Source: Atractiella rhizophila
Lineage: Eukaryota
DNA length: 64,000 bases
Direction of reading: 5' to 3'
Assembly (NCBI GenBank): GCA_021432655.1
Contig: MU271313.1
Location: 1-64,000, forward strand
Shown: one piece after another, positions 61,307-64,000 of the stretch
Layout: each line of letters starts with the position of its first letter
Position numbering within the stretch: position 1 is the first letter of the stretch
Notes under the pieces: model-generated
What the model was told of the DNA's origin: nothing
Databases searched by the model: none
The model's input: the letters and a program-made list of their open reading frames with translations, nothing else
Made by a program: the position numbers and the translations under genes

Positions 61307-63197
61307 ACTTGGTTGTGTTCTGACATTAGACGGTATTAAATATACGAGTACAGCTAGATTCTAGAGGCGGCAACTTGATTGGCGAAAGAAATAAGTTGGA
61401 GGGCTGACGGAAAGAAGTGGTTGAACAAAGGCGGACGGGCCCGGCTGCGAAAGGTTCCGCAAGTCCACCAGTCAACCAGAACGAGGCAGGAACAGGTAGC
61501 TGAACACGTAGACGTGGGGTTAGGCTGCTAGATGGGGGGACAATGCTGATTGTAACAGTTACATCGGGCGGCAAAGTAGCGTATTAGATTGCAATTGGAG
61601 GAGCAATGCCAACATTCAAGTGCGTTGACCTTTTGCTTTTGGTAAGCAGAGAATGCGATGGGTTTCGCATCACAACATTCTCAGAATCTCGTCTTCATTA
61701 TGATTAATATCGATTATAGCTTATCACAATCAGAATATGTAGACAATCTGACGAAGTTTCATTGAGTCACGTGGTTGCATTTGATTGAAACAATTTATGC
61801 CTGTGGGATAATTTGTGCAATTTCATCAAGGTGTTCAGATATTCTTACAAGCGTGATACAGGACGCTCATTATGATATGTATTGGCAGAATTCTGCTTGA
61901 AGTTGACGGACTACATGTCCTCTGCATCTAGCTCGCCCGGAACTCTGCGTTGTCTGGTCTGTGGATCCAACTGGATCAAATCTGGAATGTATTTACCATC
62001 ACTCAATTGTCAAATGTATAGTCCAGATAGTCCTACACAGCTAAGCACTGTGAAAGACGTCAGGAAGCGATTGAGAAACGTGCGATCGCATCCACCGAGA
62101 GCACGGATATCTTGTGAATAAAGTGCCTTGATGTGATCATAATGGTGAAGTGATCGAGACTGTTTGAAAGTCCACGACTATAGCATTGCTCAGACATTAT
62201 GCAGAAATCTTAGCCAACAGACCTCCCACTCCTACGAGCTTCAGGTCTTGAATTGTTGCGCCGGTGAATTGAAGTAATAGCTTGATATCTCTCCAGAAAT
62301 ATCGATGACTAATCCTACATGAGTATTTTGTAGCAACTATATTCAGGGAAAAGACCATTCCAACAAGAATTCAAGTTACCAAAGGGGAGGGGGAGCGAGC
62401 GAGCGAAAGTAGTGAATCAGAACCCCCATAGTTTCATTTCTGCGTGGACCGTAGCCCGTATAAGATATCAACAGGGGAACCAGTTGAGGCATGGCGAAAG
62501 AACGTTTCCGCGTTCAAGGTGAGGTCCTACACAGATTATGATATTTCGGTCACTGTCCAGATGGTATCTTCGAAGTTCCATTTTGAGGTAACAGGCAAAG
62601 AAACAATGTCCTGCACGTTCCTGCCTGATTTAGCACCACAGGACTGCAAAGGACGCGACCAGTTGTGATAAATTGATCCCTGGCTGGAACATGATGGGTG
62701 TGACGGAGAAGAGAAGAAGAGGTTCGGTTCAGCTTCCTTCCACAATTCATTGCTCTTGCTGCTGCAATCAGATGATGGACCTAACGGTTGTGCCCTATTG
62801 CCCAAAAACCCCGCACACAGATGGTCTTTCAGTCATCTGAAATCGGGTCAGCTTGCAGGCTGCCGCCTCCCTGCCCGTCTCCCCATCGAACTCTCAGCAG
62901 TTTCCATGCTTCATACAGGCCAAGAACTTGCTGTACCATCCCGACCCAGCCTCCTTGGCCTCTTGTCCTTCCCGTGGCGGTAACATCCTGCCTTTATCAG
63001 GCGCTATTTTTGTCATCAGCTTCGGTAAGAGATTGTTTCTAGATTGCCACCATCATTCCGACCTCATGCTGCTGTTTTTAAGCCGATCTAACGGCACCGG
63101 TGGAGTCAAAAGCGCCTTAGCTTTCATTTGCTTGTCTGTCACCCTCAACTTACGGAAAAGCTGTTGGTTGGCTTTAAGTTTGGCGTCGTGACAAGAT

Positions 63198-64000
63198 ATG
63201 GCAGACGAGAAGATCACCGCTGTTGATGTCGAGGCTGCCCCCGTCGAGGTGAAGCAGGCAGGAGAGAAGAAGCCTCGCTTTGGGTATGGCAAAATCGGCA
63301 ACGTTAGTATCTCCTTCCACCCTTTCAGGCCCAAGCTCTGATCGTTTTGCCCCAGGTCTTTGCCTGCGGAACTGCGCTGTTCTCTGGTACCCATCATCCT
63401 TCTGCACGCGCTGTCCCAAATGCTGAAAATGCATCACAGATGGTTATCAAAACGGAGTCGTGGGAGATGTCAACACGATCTTGGGCATCCTCTACCCAGA
63501 CACCGTCGCAAAGAAAAACTATGCGAAAGCTTTCAGGAGTACAGCATTCGCTGGAACGGTCGTTGGACAATTGGTCTTTGGGTACTTCTCCGATTCGATC
63601 GTTCGTCGCTCGATGTCTTCATCTCCCTGGATCATAAGACCAGAACTGACAGGAATAACAACAGGGAAGAAAGTTCGGAATGATCCTGGCGACCCTGATC
63701 GTTGCAGTATTCGCCGCCCTCAGTGCCGGCAGTTACGGAGGTGGAACGACGGGAGGGATGTTGAGTGCACTCGCGGCATGGCGTTTCTTCATCGGGATCG
63801 GTATTGGAGCAGAATACCCAGCAGGGTCTGTCGCCTGTGGAGAGAGCTCTGAGGATCCTGCGATTAAACAAGGCATCCGACATGGACTCTTTGCTCTCGC
63901 CACGAACAGGTACGCTTTTCACGCGACATATATTGCATGACTGAATCCATCGCTCGACTGTAGTGCCATCGACTGGGGATTCGTCATTTCCTCCTTTGTC
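63198..64000 (+). CDS. GIT1: MFS glycerophosphodiester (GIT1-like) permease, 5' part; runs off the window
   Basis: [53 protein letters not shown]. Confidence 0.82.

Noticed and set aside
61765..61774. CACGTG (Pho4-like) site upstream of the GIT1-like gene
   Set aside because: It is a single site ~1.4 kb away, and the hexamer occurs at several unrelated positions in the window

Overview
This is gene-dense, intron-rich eukaryotic DNA (~50% GC, mostly 45-60 nt introns) from a fungus. It is most likely a basidiomycete, and the fatty-acid-synthase layout suggests Pucciniomycotina (inference). About 23 genes are supported: URA4 dihydroorotase, an AT-hook/C2H2 transcription factor, a short AT+ER-only FAS beta subunit, a mucin-like single-pass membrane protein, two Zn2Cys6 transcription factors, AP-3 beta, an AVT3/4 amino-acid transporter, a YicI-like GH31, a frameshifted F-box gene, a tandem-PH protein, MRPL16, a small secreted protein, a GT1 UDP-glycosyltransferase, PTM1, two SAM-methyltransferase copies, an Rds1/ferritin-like protein, YME1, the 5' end of a GIT1-like MFS permease, and a few hypotheticals. 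The most notable points are: (1) a recent ~2.0 kb tandem duplication with a ~280 bp foreign filler bounded by ACCAGAG repeats; (2) three housekeeping genes with unusually long, hairpin-rich first introns, which are candidate intronic structured RNAs; (3) the Rhodotorula-type FAS split; (4) stop-free 3n introns inside zinc fingers; (5) unusual peptide repeats in the mucin-like protein. No rRNA, tRNA, CRISPR array or intact transposon was seen. Exon boundaries were read by eye and are approximate.
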